Shown: positions 26,227-36,946 of the stretch, piece after piece
Numbering within the stretch: position 1 is the stretch's first letter
Layout: each line of letters begins with the position of its first letter
Assembly (NCBI GenBank): GCA_036443455.1
Contig: JAZFYI010000077.1
Location: 1-53,523 of the forward strand
Source of the DNA: Gammaproteobacteria bacterium
GTDB lineage: Bacteria; Pseudomonadota; Gammaproteobacteria; Steroidobacterales; MnTg04
DNA: 53,523 nt
Direction: 5' to 3'
The notes under the pieces: generated by a model
Database searches by the model: none
Seen by the model: the letters and a program-made list of their open reading frames with translations, nothing else
What the model was told of the DNA's origin: nothing
Program-made: the position numbers and the translations under genes

Positions 26227-27435
26227 CTATAAAAAACCGTGGCTTTCACCGTTTCCGGTCCCGGGCTGCCGGCCATTTTCCCGGCCATCGGGCAGGAAAA
26301 TAGCGACCAGGTTATCGCGAAAATTCAAACCGGCCTCACTGGGGCGGCAGTGAGATCCGCTGATCAGCAGCAGACCCTGGTCGACCGCGTCGTCCAACGC
26401 CGGTGCGCAAAATGCGCGCGCAAGCCCGGTCCTCTCCCAGAGCAAGTCCAGCGAAAATCCATGCTCAAGGCGCAAGGCGTTGAGCATGAACTCAAACAGC
26501 TTTTCCTCCGCAGTCAGAATTCGAGTTCCCTCGATCGGATCGGCGGCGGCCATATAGTCTGCCGGGTGACGCAAGCGCCAGTCCCGTCTCACCCCGCTGC
26601 CACCGCTGAGCTTGCCATGGGCACCCGCCCCAAGGCCCAGGTAATCGGCGAAGGTCCAGTAATTGAGATTGTGGAGGCAGCGCCGGCCATCCTGCGCGAA
26701 GGCAGAAACCTCATAGTGCTCAAAAGCTGCTTCGGCCAGCTTGTCCTGGCACTGTTGCTGCATTTCCCAGCACAGGTCGTGGCCGGGGAGTTCGGGTGGT
26801 TTGGCGGCGAACAGGGTGTTTGGCTCCAGCGTCAGCTGGTAGTGAGAAATGTGGGCAGGCGCCAGGCCGATCGCCTGTGCCAGGTCATCCACGGCCTGAC
26901 CCGTCGACTGGCCCGGCAGACCGTACATCAGGTCCAGGTTGAAATTCTCCAGCCCTGCCTTTTCCAGTTCGCGCACAGAACTGATCGTCTCGGCCGCACG
27001 ATGGATCCGGCCCAGGGCTTGCAGTTTTTCGTCGTCAAAACTCTGCGCCCCCAGCGACACACGGTTGATTCCGGCTGCCCGGTAGTCTGCAAACGCGCCA
27101 CGCTCTATGGTCCCGGGATTCGCCTCCAGCGTAATCTCGATATCCGGCTCCAAAGGCAGCAAGCGGTTCACCTGGTCCAGGAACTTCGCAAGCCCGCTGG
27201 CGGAAAACAAGCTGGGTGTGCCTCCGCCAAAAAATATACTTTGCAGCGGCCGGCCGCCGAGTTCACACACGCTATGTTGCAGATCCCTGGTCAGCGATGC
27301 CAGGTAAGCCTGCTCGGGCAGGCCGCCCTTTAATGCGTGGGAATTGAAGTCACAATATGGGCATTTGCTGATACACCAGGGCAAATGCACATACAGCGAT
27401 AACGGCGGTAGTGTTTCCACTAGCGTGCCATCCAT
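26227..27435 (-). CDS. hemW: Radical SAM family heme chaperone HemW (HemN-like)
   Basis: Start at ATG 27435 (MDGTLVETLPPLSLYVHLPWCISKCPYCDFNS), with the CxxxCxxC radical-SAM motif and an HemN_C-like C-terminus. The upstream ORF extension overlaps rdgB and is not needed. Confidence 0.85.
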   Translation of the reverse strand: MDGTLVETLPPLSLYVHLPWCISKCPYCDFNSHALKGGLPEQAYLASLTRDLQHSVCELGGRPLQSIFFGGGTPSLFSASGLAKFLDQVNRLLPLEPDIEITLEANPGTIERGAFADYRAAGINRVSLGAQSFDDEKLQALGRIHRAAETISSVRELEKAGLENFNLDLMYGLPGQSTGQAVDDLAQAIGLAPAHISHYQLTLEPNTLFAAKPPELPGHDLCWEMQQQCQDKLAEAAFEHYEVSAFAQDGRRCLHNLNYWTFADYLGLGAGAHGKLSGGSGVRRDWRLRHPADYMAAADPIEGTRILTAEEKLFEFMLNALRLEHGFSLDLLWERTGLARAFCAPALDDAVDQGLLLISGSHCRPSEAGLNFRDNLVAIFLPDGRENGRQPGTGNGESHGFL

Positions 27436-28022
27436 GCGGGAAGCTGCCTGGCCAGCATCGCCAATGCCTGCCCCCGGTGGCTGATGCGGTTTTTTTCCTC
27501 CGCGCTCAGCTCCGCCGACGTGCATCGCATACCGGCCACTGCAAAGAGCGGATCGTAACCGAAACCGTTTTCGCCCCTGGGCTGGTCAACTATCCTGCCC
27601 TCCCAGTCGGCATGGCAAATTAACGGCACCGGGTCATCCGGGTGGCGCAGCAAGACGACAACGCATTGAAACCTGGCTGTACGATTTTCATCGGGGATTC
27701 CGGCCAGCCTCGACAATAACAGGCGGTTGTTGGCCTGGTCGTCTCGCTCATCCCCGGCATACCTCGCCGAATAGATGCCCGGCGCACCGTTCAACGCGTC
27801 GACCTCCAGACCCGAGTCGTCGGCCAGGGCCGGCAAACCACAGTACCTGGCTGCGTTCCTGGCCTTGAGGATAGCGTTTTCGACAAAACTGAGCCCGGAT
27901 TCCTCGATCTCCGGTACCGCAAACTCAGACTGGGGCACGACCTCTATACCCATTGGCCTGACGATTTCCAGGATCTCGGCGAGTTTGCCCCGGTTACCGG
28001 TCGCCAGCACCATTTTTGCCAC
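27420..28022 (-). CDS. rdgB: dITP/XTP pyrophosphatase (non-canonical purine NTP pyrophosphatase)
   Basis: LATGN.GK..E......G.E......E.G.SF.ENA..KA......GLPALADDSGL.VDAL.GAPGIYSARYAG...FGYDP.F. Confidence 0.9.
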   Translation of the reverse strand: MAKMVLATGNRGKLAEILEIVRPMGIEVVPQSEFAVPEIEESGLSFVENAILKARNAARYCGLPALADDSGLEVDALNGAPGIYSARYAGDERDDQANNRLLLSRLAGIPDENRTARFQCVVVLLRHPDDPVPLICHADWEGRIVDQPRGENGFGYDPLFAVAGMRCTSAELSAEEKNRISHRGQALAMLARQLPAWMAR

Positions 28023-28025
28023 GGC

Positions 28026-28748
28026 CTACCCCGTCTGACGCAAAGACTTCGCCTGCAGCGACAGCACGTTCTTGATGCCGCCTGTCGCGAGGTCAAGCAA
28101 ACTATCCAGCTCGCCGCGCCGAAAAGCGTGGCCTTCGGCGGTGCCCTGTACTTCGATGAACGCGCCGGCTTCGTTCATCACAATATTCATATCGGTTTCG
28201 GCATCTGAATCTTCTTCATAGTCCAGATCCAGTATGGGTTCGCCCCGATAAATGCCCACCGAGGTCGCAGCCACCTGGCCATGCAGCGGGTTGCGTTCAA
28301 GATTTTCATTTCTCATCAGCCAGTCAACCGCATCTGCCAGCGCCACGTACGCGCCACTGATCGCCGTGGTGCGGGTCCCGCCATCGGCCTGCAGCACATC
28401 GCAGTCGATCGTGATCGTCCTTTCGCCGATCGCGCCCAGATCCATGACGGCGCGCAGTGATCGCCCGATCAACCGCTGAATCTCCAGGGTCCGGCCGCTC
28501 TGTTTCCCGCGGACGGCTTCCCTGCCATTGCGGGTATGGGTTGCCCTGGGCAACAAACCATACTCAGCGGTCAACCAACCCTTACCCGATCCACGCAGCC
28601 AGGGCGGGATCCGGTTATCGATGCTGACCGTGCACAGAACTTTCGTAGCGCCACATTCGGCCAGCACCGAACCTTCCGCGTGGCAGGTAAAGCTGCGGGT
28701 AAACCTGAGCTCACGCATTTCATCGTTGGCTCGACCACTCGGTCGCAT
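28026..28748 (-). CDS. rph: Ribonuclease PH
   Basis: Start [18 protein letters not shown]... It is collinear with E. coli RNase PH (GSVL.E.G.TKVLCT, LPR.TH.R..RE...[27 protein letters not shown]). Confidence 0.95.
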   Translation of the reverse strand: MRPSGRANDEMRELRFTRSFTCHAEGSVLAECGATKVLCTVSIDNRIPPWLRGSGKGWLTAEYGLLPRATHTRNGREAVRGKQSGRTLEIQRLIGRSLRAVMDLGAIGERTITIDCDVLQADGGTRTTAISGAYVALADAVDWLMRNENLERNPLHGQVAATSVGIYRGEPILDLDYEEDSDAETDMNIVMNEAGAFIEVQGTAEGHAFRRGELDSLLDLATGGIKNVLSLQAKSLRQTG

Positions 28749-28788
28749 CGTCTTGCTCCTAGCCCGGATCATTCATGAATAAGCCGGG

Positions 28789-29541
28789 CTAGCCCGAATC
28801 GCCGTTTGGTCCGACTCGCAGGACAGCCACCGTGGTGTTGTCACTCCAGGGAGCACAGGCATCGATAGCGGCATAAGACAAAGCTTCCAGGCAGGCTGCG
28901 AGGCTACCCTCATCGGGCTGGTAAAACGCAGCGATCTCCTCATCGCTGGCCCCGCCCCACAATCCATCCGAACAAGCCAGGATTATGTCGCCGTTTTCCA
29001 GCACGGCCGGAACGGACATGCCGACCTCCGGTAGTGCAGAATCGCCGCCCAGGCAACACTCGACATAATTACGCAAGGGATGACTCAGAATTTCTTCTTC
29101 CGTTATCAGACCGTCCTGCAGCAGCACTTCGACATGGCTATGGTCGCGCGTGCGCGCCAGCACCCGGCCTTCCCGCAGATGATAAACACGGCTGTCGCCT
29201 ACATGCGCCCACAAGGCACTGTCCTGCTGGACCAGACAGAGCGCACAGGTCGCGCGCGGCCGATCCTCTGCGTGCATGCTTTCACCAAGATTAACGACGG
29301 CAGCATGGGCCTTCGATATGCATCGATCCAGAAACTCGCCGCCATTCTCCATGGGAAAAGATTGCTCCTCGAACTCACGGACGATGGTATCGACCGCGGT
29401 CTGCGCAGCCAGCTCCCCTTGCGCGTGTCCACCCATGCCATCGACAACGACCAGCAAGATAGCCCCACCCGATTTCGCGATGGCTCCCCTGTCCTGGTTA
29501 TCGTCCCGGTCTCCGATCAGGCTTATTTCAACAGTTTCCAT
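28789..29541 (-). CDS. PP2C-family Ser/Thr protein phosphatase
   Basis: GDRDDNQDR, VVVDGMGGHAQGELAA, SDGLWG and DN.TV.VLRV are present. Start placed at ATG 29541 (METVEISL..., GGGAG 3 nt upstream, giving 250 aa). In-frame ATGs at 29700 and 29763 would add a domain-less N-terminus. Confidence 0.75.
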   Translation of the reverse strand: METVEISLIGDRDDNQDRGAIAKSGGAILLVVVDGMGGHAQGELAAQTAVDTIVREFEEQSFPMENGGEFLDRCISKAHAAVVNLGESMHAEDRPRATCALCLVQQDSALWAHVGDSRVYHLREGRVLARTRDHSHVEVLLQDGLITEEEILSHPLRNYVECCLGGDSALPEVGMSVPAVLENGDIILACSDGLWGGASDEEIAAFYQPDEGSLAACLEALSYAAIDACAPWSDNTTVAVLRVGPNGDSG

Positions 29542-29762
29542 GGGCTCCCAACTGGATTTTCCGATCAGCCGCCTGCCTGTCTCCAGGCAGCCGGCGCCTG
29601 TATTGTGCTTCGCCAAGCTGGCGATTTCTTCATCTGATAAACTTGCGTCGTTTGCTGCTCCCGTTTCCGATCGGGAGAAAACTGAAAAACGATCAGGCAT
29701 TGTAAACGGCTGGCCAGACAAAGGTAAGATCGGGAAAAACCTGATACAAGGAAAATCAGGCA

Positions 29763-30629
29763 ATGATACGCAGCATGACCGGCTATGCCCGGCTTGAGCG
29801 CACCACAGAATACGGGACCCTGAGCTGGGAATTGCGCTCGGTCAATCATCGTTATCTCGACCTGGGATTTCGCCTGCCCGATGAGTTTCGCAGCATGGAG
29901 CCGGCGTTCAGGACCCAGGTCTCGGCAGTGCTCAAGCGCGGCAAGATAGAATGCGGGCTCAGACTGACCGCCTTGCCCGGGACAGCGAGCCCGTTGGCCA
30001 TCAATATGCAGGTACTGGATCAGTTGCTGGCCCACACCAGCGAAATCGCGGAAAAACTGCCCGCGGCGGCCGCGCCAAACCCGCTGGAAGTCTTGCGCTG
30101 GCCCGGATTGCTCGGTGAGCCGGAAAAAGATCCCGAGCCTGCGCAAAAAGCGGCAACCGCGCTCCTCGGCGAGACGCTGGCCCAACTCTCGCAGAACCGG
30201 GCGTCGGAAGGCGAGCGCATTCGCGAGATGCTGATTACGCGGTGCAAAACCATGGACGAAATCGTTCGCTTCGTGCGCGGGAAAATGCCTGATGTCATGA
30301 GTAATCTGCGTCAACGGCTGCGTGACCGTATTGCGCAGCTTACCGAGGAAGTCGATAACGAGCGCATCGAAATAGAGCTGGCGGTGCTCGCGCAAAAGTT
30401 TGATGTAGACGAGGAAATGGATCGGCTCAGCAGTCATTTGACCGAAGTGCGCAGTACCATCGACCGCAATGACCCGATCGGGCGCCGGCTGGATTTCCTG
30501 ATGCAGGAGCTAAACCGGGAAGCAAACACCCTGAGTTCCAAATCGCAGGACACGGAGGTCACGCGCGCAGCCGTCGAGCTCAAGGTCCTGATCGAGCAGA
30601 TGCGCGAACAAATCCAGAACATAGAATGA
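29763..30629 (+). CDS. yicC: YicC family stress-induced protein
   Basis: MIRSMTGYAR......G...WELRSVNHRYLD...R.P is present, and the C-terminus reads GRRLDFL.QE.NREANTL.SKS. Confidence 0.85.
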   Translation: MIRSMTGYARLERTTEYGTLSWELRSVNHRYLDLGFRLPDEFRSMEPAFRTQVSAVLKRGKIECGLRLTALPGTASPLAINMQVLDQLLAHTSEIAEKLPAAAAPNPLEVLRWPGLLGEPEKDPEPAQKAATALLGETLAQLSQNRASEGERIREMLITRCKTMDEIVRFVRGKMPDVMSNLRQRLRDRIAQLTEEVDNERIEIELAVLAQKFDVDEEMDRLSSHLTEVRSTIDRNDPIGRRLDFLMQELNREANTLSSKSQDTEVTRAAVELKVLIEQMREQIQNIE

Positions 30630-31252
30630 ATACTGAAAATATCGGCCGCTTGTTTGTCGTTGCGGCTCCGTCGGGCGCCGGCAAAACAAGCCTTCTGCGC
30701 GCGATATTGAAACAGGTTCCGAATACGGTATTTTCGATTTCCTACACGACCCGGGAAAAACGCCAGCAGGAGCAGGATGGCGTCGATTATCGCTTCGTCT
30801 CGCACAACGAGTTCCAGCAGATGATCAGCGAAGGTTGCTTCCTGGAGTACGCCAGGGTTTTCGACCATTACTATGGGACGGCCGGCAAAGAGGTAGCTTC
30901 GCTGCGCCTGCAAAAACTCGATGTGATACTCGAAATAGACTGGCAGGGCGCAAGGCAGGTCAGGGAGAGAATACCTGACAGTGAGAGTATTTTCATACTC
31001 CCTCCAACTCGCCAGGCGCTGGAATCTCGCTTGCGGGGTCGCAGCACAGACAGCGATGAGGTGATCGAGAGACGGCTGGCCGATTCTGTTGCGGATATGG
31101 GCCATTGGGATGAATTCGATTACCTGGTCATCAATGACGATTTCGATGCCGGGGTAAAAGAACTGCGGGAAATAATTTCGGGTAATGGCAGTCAGTTTCG
31201 CAAGAACCGGCCAGAGGTTAAGGCGCTTATCGACAAATTGCTCGCAGGCTAG
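30626..31252 (+). CDS. gmk: Guanylate kinase
   Basis: APSGAGKTSL..A.L........S.S.TTR..R..E..G.DY.FV are P-loop and GMP-binding motifs. Confidence 0.95.
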   Translation: MNTENIGRLFVVAAPSGAGKTSLLRAILKQVPNTVFSISYTTREKRQQEQDGVDYRFVSHNEFQQMISEGCFLEYARVFDHYYGTAGKEVASLRLQKLDVILEIDWQGARQVRERIPDSESIFILPPTRQALESRLRGRSTDSDEVIERRLADSVADMGHWDEFDYLVINDDFDAGVKELREIISGNGSQFRKNRPEVKALIDKLLAG

Positions 31253-31322
31253 CGCTGCCCTTGCGTTTTCTAGTAGACTGAAAGGCCGCTTTTTAGCGAC
31301 GCAACGTTTTTAGAGGACCCTG

Positions 31323-31598
31323 ATGGCAAGGATTACGGTTGAGGATTGTCTCAAGAATGTAGATAACATGTTTGATCTGGTACTGATTGCATCCGCCAGG
31401 GCCAGGCGGCTGGCCAATGGTGCGGAAGCCTCCCTGGAATGGGAAAACGACAAGCCCACGGTGATGGCCCTGCGCGAAATCGCGGCCGGTCACGTAGGCC
31501 CCGAAATCCTGGATGAGCTGGATCAGCAGGACGAAGATCTGCTCGCGGAAATTACCGCCGACGAATCTGCCCCGCCCCCGACCATCATGGGGGCCTGA
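31323..31598 (+). CDS. rpoZ: DNA-directed RNA polymerase subunit omega
   Basis: [21 protein letters not shown]. Confidence 0.95.
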   Translation: MARITVEDCLKNVDNMFDLVLIASARARRLANGAEASLEWENDKPTVMALREIAAGHVGPEILDELDQQDEDLLAEITADESAPPPTIMGA

Positions 31599-31620
31599 AC
31601 CCGAACGTCAAGCCGCTGAC

Positions 31621-33771
31621 ATGGATTACGCCGCTTCTATTCTTGGCCGACTACCCAAGGGGAAGCGTGCGACAGGGGTTAACCAGCTCCTGACCAGGCT
31701 CGAGGGGTATATGAGCCCCGCGGCTATCGATAACATCATGGAAGCATACCGGTTTGGCGCTTCTGCTCACGAAGGGCAGAAGCGGGTGTCCGGCGCCCCC
31801 TATATCAGTCACCCGGTCGCAGTTGCCACCATACTCGCAGAGCAGCGTATGGATGCGCAGACGATAATCGCCGCGATTTTGCATGACGTTATCGAAGACA
31901 CTGCCACGGAAAAAGCTCAGCTCGAGGAGCAGTTTGGCGAGGAGGTCGCCGACCTGGTCGATGGGGTCAGCAAGCTGGATCAGCTTCAGTTTCACAGCAG
32001 GCAACAGGCCCAGGCCGAAAGTTTCCGAAAAATGCTGCTGGCGATGGCCGAGGATATCCGGGTCATCATGATCAAGCTGGCGGATCGAACTCACAACATG
32101 CGCACGCTGGGCTCCATGCCGCCGGTGAAGCGGCGCCGGATTGCCCGGGAAACCCTCGATATCTATGCGCCGATTGCCAATCGCCTCGGCATCAACAGCA
32201 TCAGGCTGGAACTCGAGGATCTCGGGTTTCGCAGCCTGTACCCGTACCGCTATCGCGTCATCGAAAAAACGCTCAAGAAAGCGCTGAGCAATCACAAACA
32301 GCTGGTCAAGAAAATATCGCAGCGCTTATCGGATGCGCTGGACGAGCTGAAAATAATTGCCGATGTCGGCGGCCGCGAAAAACATATGTACAGCATCTAT
32401 CGCAAGATGCGGCACAAGGGGCGGCCGCTGAGTGAAATTGTCGACATGTTCGGATTCAGAATTATTGTGGACGATATCGATACTTGCTACCGGGTACTCG
32501 GGATGGTGCATCGACTGTACAAACCCATGCCGGGTCGTTTCAAAGACTACATCGCAATTCCAAGAATCAACGGATACCAGTCCCTGCACACGACCCTGTT
32601 CGGCCCGGACGGCATCCCTTTGGAAGTCCAGATTCGAACCTTAGACATGGACCGGGTGGCTGAGTCGGGGATCGCCGCTCACTGGCTGTACAAATCGGAC
32701 GATTCCAGCAATGAATCCGCAAATGCGAGCACCCGCGAGTGGCTGGCACGGTTGGTGGAACTAGACCACGGCGCCGATTCCGAGGAGTTTCTCGAAAACG
32801 TCAGGGTCGATCTGTTCCCCGACAAGGTTTATGTCTTTACCCCGCGTGGCGATATCATGCGTCTGCCGATGGGTTCTACGACTGTCGATTTTGCCTACGC
32901 CGTGCATACCGATGTCGGCAACCGTTGCGTGGCGGCGAAGGTCGACCGACGGATGGTGCCGCTGCGCACGCCACTGTTAAACGGTCAGACCGTCGAAATC
33001 ATCACGGCCAAGGGCGCCCGGCCCAACCCGGCCTGGGTCAACTTCGTTGCGACCGCAAAAGCTCGCAGTGCGATCAGGCAATATTTGAAAAACCTGAGAC
33101 GGGGTGAAGCGATCGATCTGGGCAAGCGTCTGCTGAGTCATGCCATGGGCGAGTTCGATAAGAAAATTCGCAATGCATCGACCCGGGAAATGAAGGTGTT
33201 GCTGGGGGAATTGAACCTGTCTGACCAGAAGTCCCTGTATGAGGAAATCGGCCTCGGCAAGCACCTGGCGCCACTCATTGCCAGGCGGCTGGTCGGACAC
33301 GCGGACGGAAACGCGAAAAAAGACCCTGCGCCGCTGGCCATTGAAGGCACCGAGGGCGTAGTGGTCAGTTACGCGCGTTGCTGCTACCCGGTGCCGGGCG
33401 ATTCGATCATCGGCTTTCTCAGTTCGGGCAAGGGTATCGTCATTCACCGCGACACCTGCGGCAACCTGACCGAATACCGGAAACAGCCGGACAAGTGGAT
33501 CTCGGTAAACTGGAAAGAAAATGTCCAGCGACAGTCGATGGTCGAACTGCGCGCCGATGTGAACAACAAGACCGGTGTGCTGGCCGCTGTCGCAGCGAAT
33601 ATCGCGGAAACGCACAGTAATATAGACTCGGTATCGGTTGTCGAAAGGGACGAACACACCGTTACCCTGATTTTTCATTTACAGGTACGCGACCGTGTGC
33701 AACTGGCCCAGGTGATGCGCAGTATCCGCGGCATGCCCGATGTAATCAGCGTCAGCCGCAGCTGCGCCTGA
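31621..33771 (+). CDS. spoT: Bifunctional (p)ppGpp synthetase/hydrolase
   Basis: Start at ATG 31621, after the rpoZ stop. It contains the HD hydrolase motif (HP..VA.IL...[14 protein letters not shown]), a RelA/SpoT synthetase domain, and TGS and ACT-like C-terminal domains. Confidence 0.9.
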   Translation: MDYAASILGRLPKGKRATGVNQLLTRLEGYMSPAAIDNIMEAYRFGASAHEGQKRVSGAPYISHPVAVATILAEQRMDAQTIIAAILHDVIEDTATEKAQLEEQFGEEVADLVDGVSKLDQLQFHSRQQAQAESFRKMLLAMAEDIRVIMIKLADRTHNMRTLGSMPPVKRRRIARETLDIYAPIANRLGINSIRLELEDLGFRSLYPYRYRVIEKTLKKALSNHKQLVKKISQRLSDALDELKIIADVGGREKHMYSIYRKMRHKGRPLSEIVDMFGFRIIVDDIDTCYRVLGMVHRLYKPMPGRFKDYIAIPRINGYQSLHTTLFGPDGIPLEVQIRTLDMDRVAESGIAAHWLYKSDDSSNESANASTREWLARLVELDHGADSEEFLENVRVDLFPDKVYVFTPRGDIMRLPMGSTTVDFAYAVHTDVGNRCVAAKVDRRMVPLRTPLLNGQTVEIITAKGARPNPAWVNFVATAKARSAIRQYLKNLRRGEAIDLGKRLLSHAMGEFDKKIRNASTREMKVLLGELNLSDQKSLYEEIGLGKHLAPLIARRLVGHADGNAKKDPAPLAIEGTEGVVVSYARCCYPVPGDSIIGFLSSGKGIVIHRDTCGNLTEYRKQPDKWISVNWKENVQRQSMVELRADVNNKTGVLAAVAANIAETHSNIDSVSVVERDEHTVTLIFHLQVRDRVQLAQVMRSIRGMPDVISVSRSCA

Positions 33772-33817
33772 GACCCCACGGCCGAACGGCCGGCCCACAC
33801 CAATGCAAGGAAGACGC

Positions 33818-34198
33818 ATGGAACGCAAATCTATCGCTACGAGCAACGCACCGGCAGCCATAGGCCCCTACTCACAGGCTATCCGCAGCGGCGACACGGT
33901 TTACCTGTCCGGACAGGTGCCCCTGGTGCCGGAAACCATGAAAATGCTGGATGGCGATATCGAGGCGTGTATACACCAGGTATTCAAAAACCTCGAAGCC
34001 GTATGTGAGGCCGCGGGCGGCTCACTGGACGATATCGTAAAACTCAATGTGTTTCTGACCGATCTTGGCTGTTTCGACAGCGTCAACAAGATCATGGCCA
34101 CCTATTTCAGCGAACCGTACCCGGCCCGCGCCGCCATCGGGGTCGCCGCGCTGCCAAAAGGCGCGGAAGTCGAAATGGACGCCATCCTGGTACTGTGA
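33818..34198 (+). CDS. ridA: RidA/YjgF family reactive-intermediate deaminase
   Basis: ATG 33818 with AAGGAAG upstream. [11 protein letters not shown]......VY.SGQ.P and [17 protein letters not shown]. are present. Confidence 0.9.
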   Translation: MERKSIATSNAPAAIGPYSQAIRSGDTVYLSGQVPLVPETMKMLDGDIEACIHQVFKNLEAVCEAAGGSLDDIVKLNVFLTDLGCFDSVNKIMATYFSEPYPARAAIGVAALPKGAEVEMDAILVL

Positions 34199-34210
34199 AC
34201 CGCAGGGAAC

Positions 34211-36292
34211 GTGGCCAATAAACCCATTGATCTGACATCCGTGCAACGGCTGCATGGCGTTGGCCCGCATCTCGCCGCCCGCCTGGAAAAACTGGGCATC
34301 CGCTCTGTGCAGGATTTGCTGTTTCTGCTGCCGCTGCGCTACGAGGATCGCACGCAAATTGTTCCCATCGGAGGTTTGCGCCCGGGCCAACGCGCCGTTG
34401 TGGAAGGTGAAATCCAGCTAACCGAGGTGGTCTATCGGGGTCGCAGGAACCTGCTTTGCCGAATCAGCGATGGCACCGGCGGCCTGACCCTGCGGTTTTT
34501 TCACTTTTCGAGAGCCCAGCAGGATGGCCTCGCCCGCGGCAAGCGCATCCGCTGTTTTGGCGAGACGCGGCCAGGCACGGGCGGCCTGCAGATGATCCAT
34601 CCCGAGTATCGACTGCTCGGTGACACCGATTTGGCGATCGATGACACGCTGACCCCGGTTTATCCGGGCACCGAAGGGCTGCAGCAGGGCAGGTTGAGAA
34701 ACCTGGCCAGGCAGGCGCTGGGCCTGGTCGCCGCCGGTGAACTCGAGGAATGGCTGCCCGCCCGAATTCTGGAGGCGATGAAATTTCCCGGTTTGCTGGC
34801 GGCGCTGACCCTGCTTCATCAACCGCCGGCCGATACCGATTTGCAGTCGATGCAACAGGGGAGACACCCGGCGCAGCGGAGGATGGCGTTTGAAGAACTA
34901 CTGGCACAGCATCTGAGCCTGCGCAGATTGCGTCGTAAAATCCGCAGCGAACCGGCGGCGGCGCTGGTGGACCCGGGAACGGCGGTTGCCGATTTCATTG
35001 CCTCCTTGTCCTACACGCTCACGGGCGCACAGCGACGGGTCATTGCGGAACTGCTCGAGGACCTGGCAAAAGAAAAGCCGATGATGCGCCTGGTGCAGGG
35101 CGATGTCGGATCGGGCAAGACCGTGGTCGCCGCGGTGGCGACCGTCTGTGCCGCTGCCTGCGGCAGGCAGTCCGCGATCATGGCGCCAACCGAACTGCTC
35201 GCCGAACAGCACGCCGAAAACTTTCGCCAGTGGCTCGAACCCATGGGGCTGGAAACCGGGCTGCTGACCGGCAGGATCAAGGGCAAGACACGACAACAAT
35301 TGCTGGCAAGAATAGCGGACGGCCAGGTGCGAATCGTCGTGGGCACCCACGCCCTTTTTCAGGAAAGCGTCGCCTTCGATCGCCTTGCGCTGATCGTTGT
35401 CGATGAACAGCATCGCTTCGGCGTACATCAACGGCTCGCGCTAAGGGAAAAAGGCGGCCGCGAGGGCCATTGCCCGCACCAGTTGATCATGACCGCCACC
35501 CCCATACCCAGGACCCTGGCGATGACGGCCTATGCCGATCTCGATGTATCGGTGATCGACGAATTACCGCCCGGGCGCAGACCGGTGACCACGGTTGCCA
35601 TGCCCGAGTCGAGGCGGCACGAGTTGCTGAGCAGTATCCGGGACGCATGTTTGTCCGGCCGCCAGGCGTACTGGGTATGCCCCCTGATCGAGGAATCCGA
35701 TGTGCTGAACTACGAGGCGGCGGAGAAAACGGCCACGATGCTGGCGGAGGCGTTGCCCGAATTGTCGCTCGGCCTGGTTCACGGGCGTATGAAATCGAAG
35801 GACAAGCATCGGGTGATGCAGGCTTTCAAAAAAGGCGAGCTTCACCTGTTGGTTGCGACGACGGTCATCGAAGTCGGAGTCGATGTCCCGAACGCCAGCA
35901 TGATGATCATCGAAAATGCAGAGCGCATGGGGCTGGCGCAACTGCATCAGTTGCGCGGCAGGGTCGGCAGGGGCAGCGAGCAAAGCAGTTGCCTGCTGCT
36001 GTACAAACCCCCGCTGACCGCTTTGGCAAGACAGCGCCTCGCGGTACTTCGGCAAACCAGTGACGGGTTCAAAGTCGCCCAGGCCGATCTCGATCTGCGC
36101 GGACCGGGCGAATTGCTGGGCACGCGGCAGACCGGGTTGATGCAGATGCGCATCGCCGACCTGATGCGCGATGCCGACCTGTTGCCCGAGGTACACAAGA
36201 CAGCGACATTCATGCTGAAGGAACACCCGGTTGCGGTCGATGGCCTGATTCGCCGCTGGGTTGGCGAAGCCGATCGCTTTGGCAAGGTCTGA
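34211..36292 (+). CDS. recG: ATP-dependent DNA helicase RecG
   Basis: A wedge domain is followed by the SF2 helicase motifs (GDVGSGKT, DEQHRFGV, MTATPIPRTL, QLHQLRGRVGRG). Confidence 0.95.
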   Translation: MANKPIDLTSVQRLHGVGPHLAARLEKLGIRSVQDLLFLLPLRYEDRTQIVPIGGLRPGQRAVVEGEIQLTEVVYRGRRNLLCRISDGTGGLTLRFFHFSRAQQDGLARGKRIRCFGETRPGTGGLQMIHPEYRLLGDTDLAIDDTLTPVYPGTEGLQQGRLRNLARQALGLVAAGELEEWLPARILEAMKFPGLLAALTLLHQPPADTDLQSMQQGRHPAQRRMAFEELLAQHLSLRRLRRKIRSEPAAALVDPGTAVADFIASLSYTLTGAQRRVIAELLEDLAKEKPMMRLVQGDVGSGKTVVAAVATVCAAACGRQSAIMAPTELLAEQHAENFRQWLEPMGLETGLLTGRIKGKTRQQLLARIADGQVRIVVGTHALFQESVAFDRLALIVVDEQHRFGVHQRLALREKGGREGHCPHQLIMTATPIPRTLAMTAYADLDVSVIDELPPGRRPVTTVAMPESRRHELLSSIRDACLSGRQAYWVCPLIEESDVLNYEAAEKTATMLAEALPELSLGLVHGRMKSKDKHRVMQAFKKGELHLLVATTVIEVGVDVPNASMMIIENAERMGLAQLHQLRGRVGRGSEQSSCLLLYKPPLTALARQRLAVLRQTSDGFKVAQADLDLRGPGELLGTRQTGLMQMRIADLMRDADLLPEVHKTATFMLKEHPVAVDGLIRRWVGEADRFGKV

Positions 36293-36379
36293 AACAGCAA
36301 CGGATAATGGCAAAGGCGGTATGCTCAGGATGGCCGCTCGACTTACAATACGGAACCGGCAGTCGAAACGGACTAACTA

Positions 36380-36946
36380 ATGGACAGGGATCCGGCAAAC
36401 AAAATCTCGGTACCTGATTACGAAGCCTCACAATGGTTGCAGGCCGGGGAATTTCCCATGGACCAGGTACCGACGGGGCTGCGGCGCTGGCTCGATTCCG
36501 GCGGCATGCTGACGCGGCGGATGAAAAAATGTTGCGGACCGAGCTTTCGCCTGCGCCTGCTCGAGCAAAGAGCGGCGACGGCAAACGAGCTAAACGGCGG
36601 CGGCCTGTGCCGCGAGGTTTCGCTCGAATGCGGACCATTGCGCACGATTTTCGCCCGCAGCCTGATTCCCTCGATCACCTTGACGGCTCATCCGTGGCTT
36701 GAGCAACTCGCGGAGAACCCGCTCGGCGAGACGCTGGCGGAAAAACCCAACATGAAACGCAGTGGATTCAGTTACGCGATCGTCAGCCCGGGTCAGCCGC
36801 TGTATGCGGCCGCGTTGCCACCCGGTGCGGAAACCCCGCCGGTCCTGTATACGCGGCGCTCCGAATTTCGCCTGGACGACAACCCGCTGTGGGTGTGTGA
36901 AGTGTTCCTGCCGGCGATCTGCCTTTGCCAGGAAAGCCGCGGCTGA
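36380..36946 (+). CDS. ubiC: Chorismate pyruvate-lyase
   Basis: Its position immediately upstream of ubiA, overlapping it, supports the call. The pattern ...L..WL...G.LT.R........F.L.LL.Q and ...R.V.L.....P...ARS..P is UbiC-like. The start is uncertain. Confidence 0.65.
   Translation: MDRDPANKISVPDYEASQWLQAGEFPMDQVPTGLRRWLDSGGMLTRRMKKCCGPSFRLRLLEQRAATANELNGGGLCREVSLECGPLRTIFARSLIPSITLTAHPWLEQLAENPLGETLAEKPNMKRSGFSYAIVSPGQPLYAAALPPGAETPPVLYTRRSEFRLDDNPLWVCEVFLPAICLCQESRG

Noticed and set aside
31513-31620. Upstream extension of the spoT ORF overlapping rpoZ. Analogous extensions occur at hemW (27436-27525), pyrF (5693-5737), rph (28749-28772) and the DUF445 gene (3865-3912).
   Set aside because: The internal ATGs align with the conserved N-termini of the families and remove overlaps with neighbouring genes.
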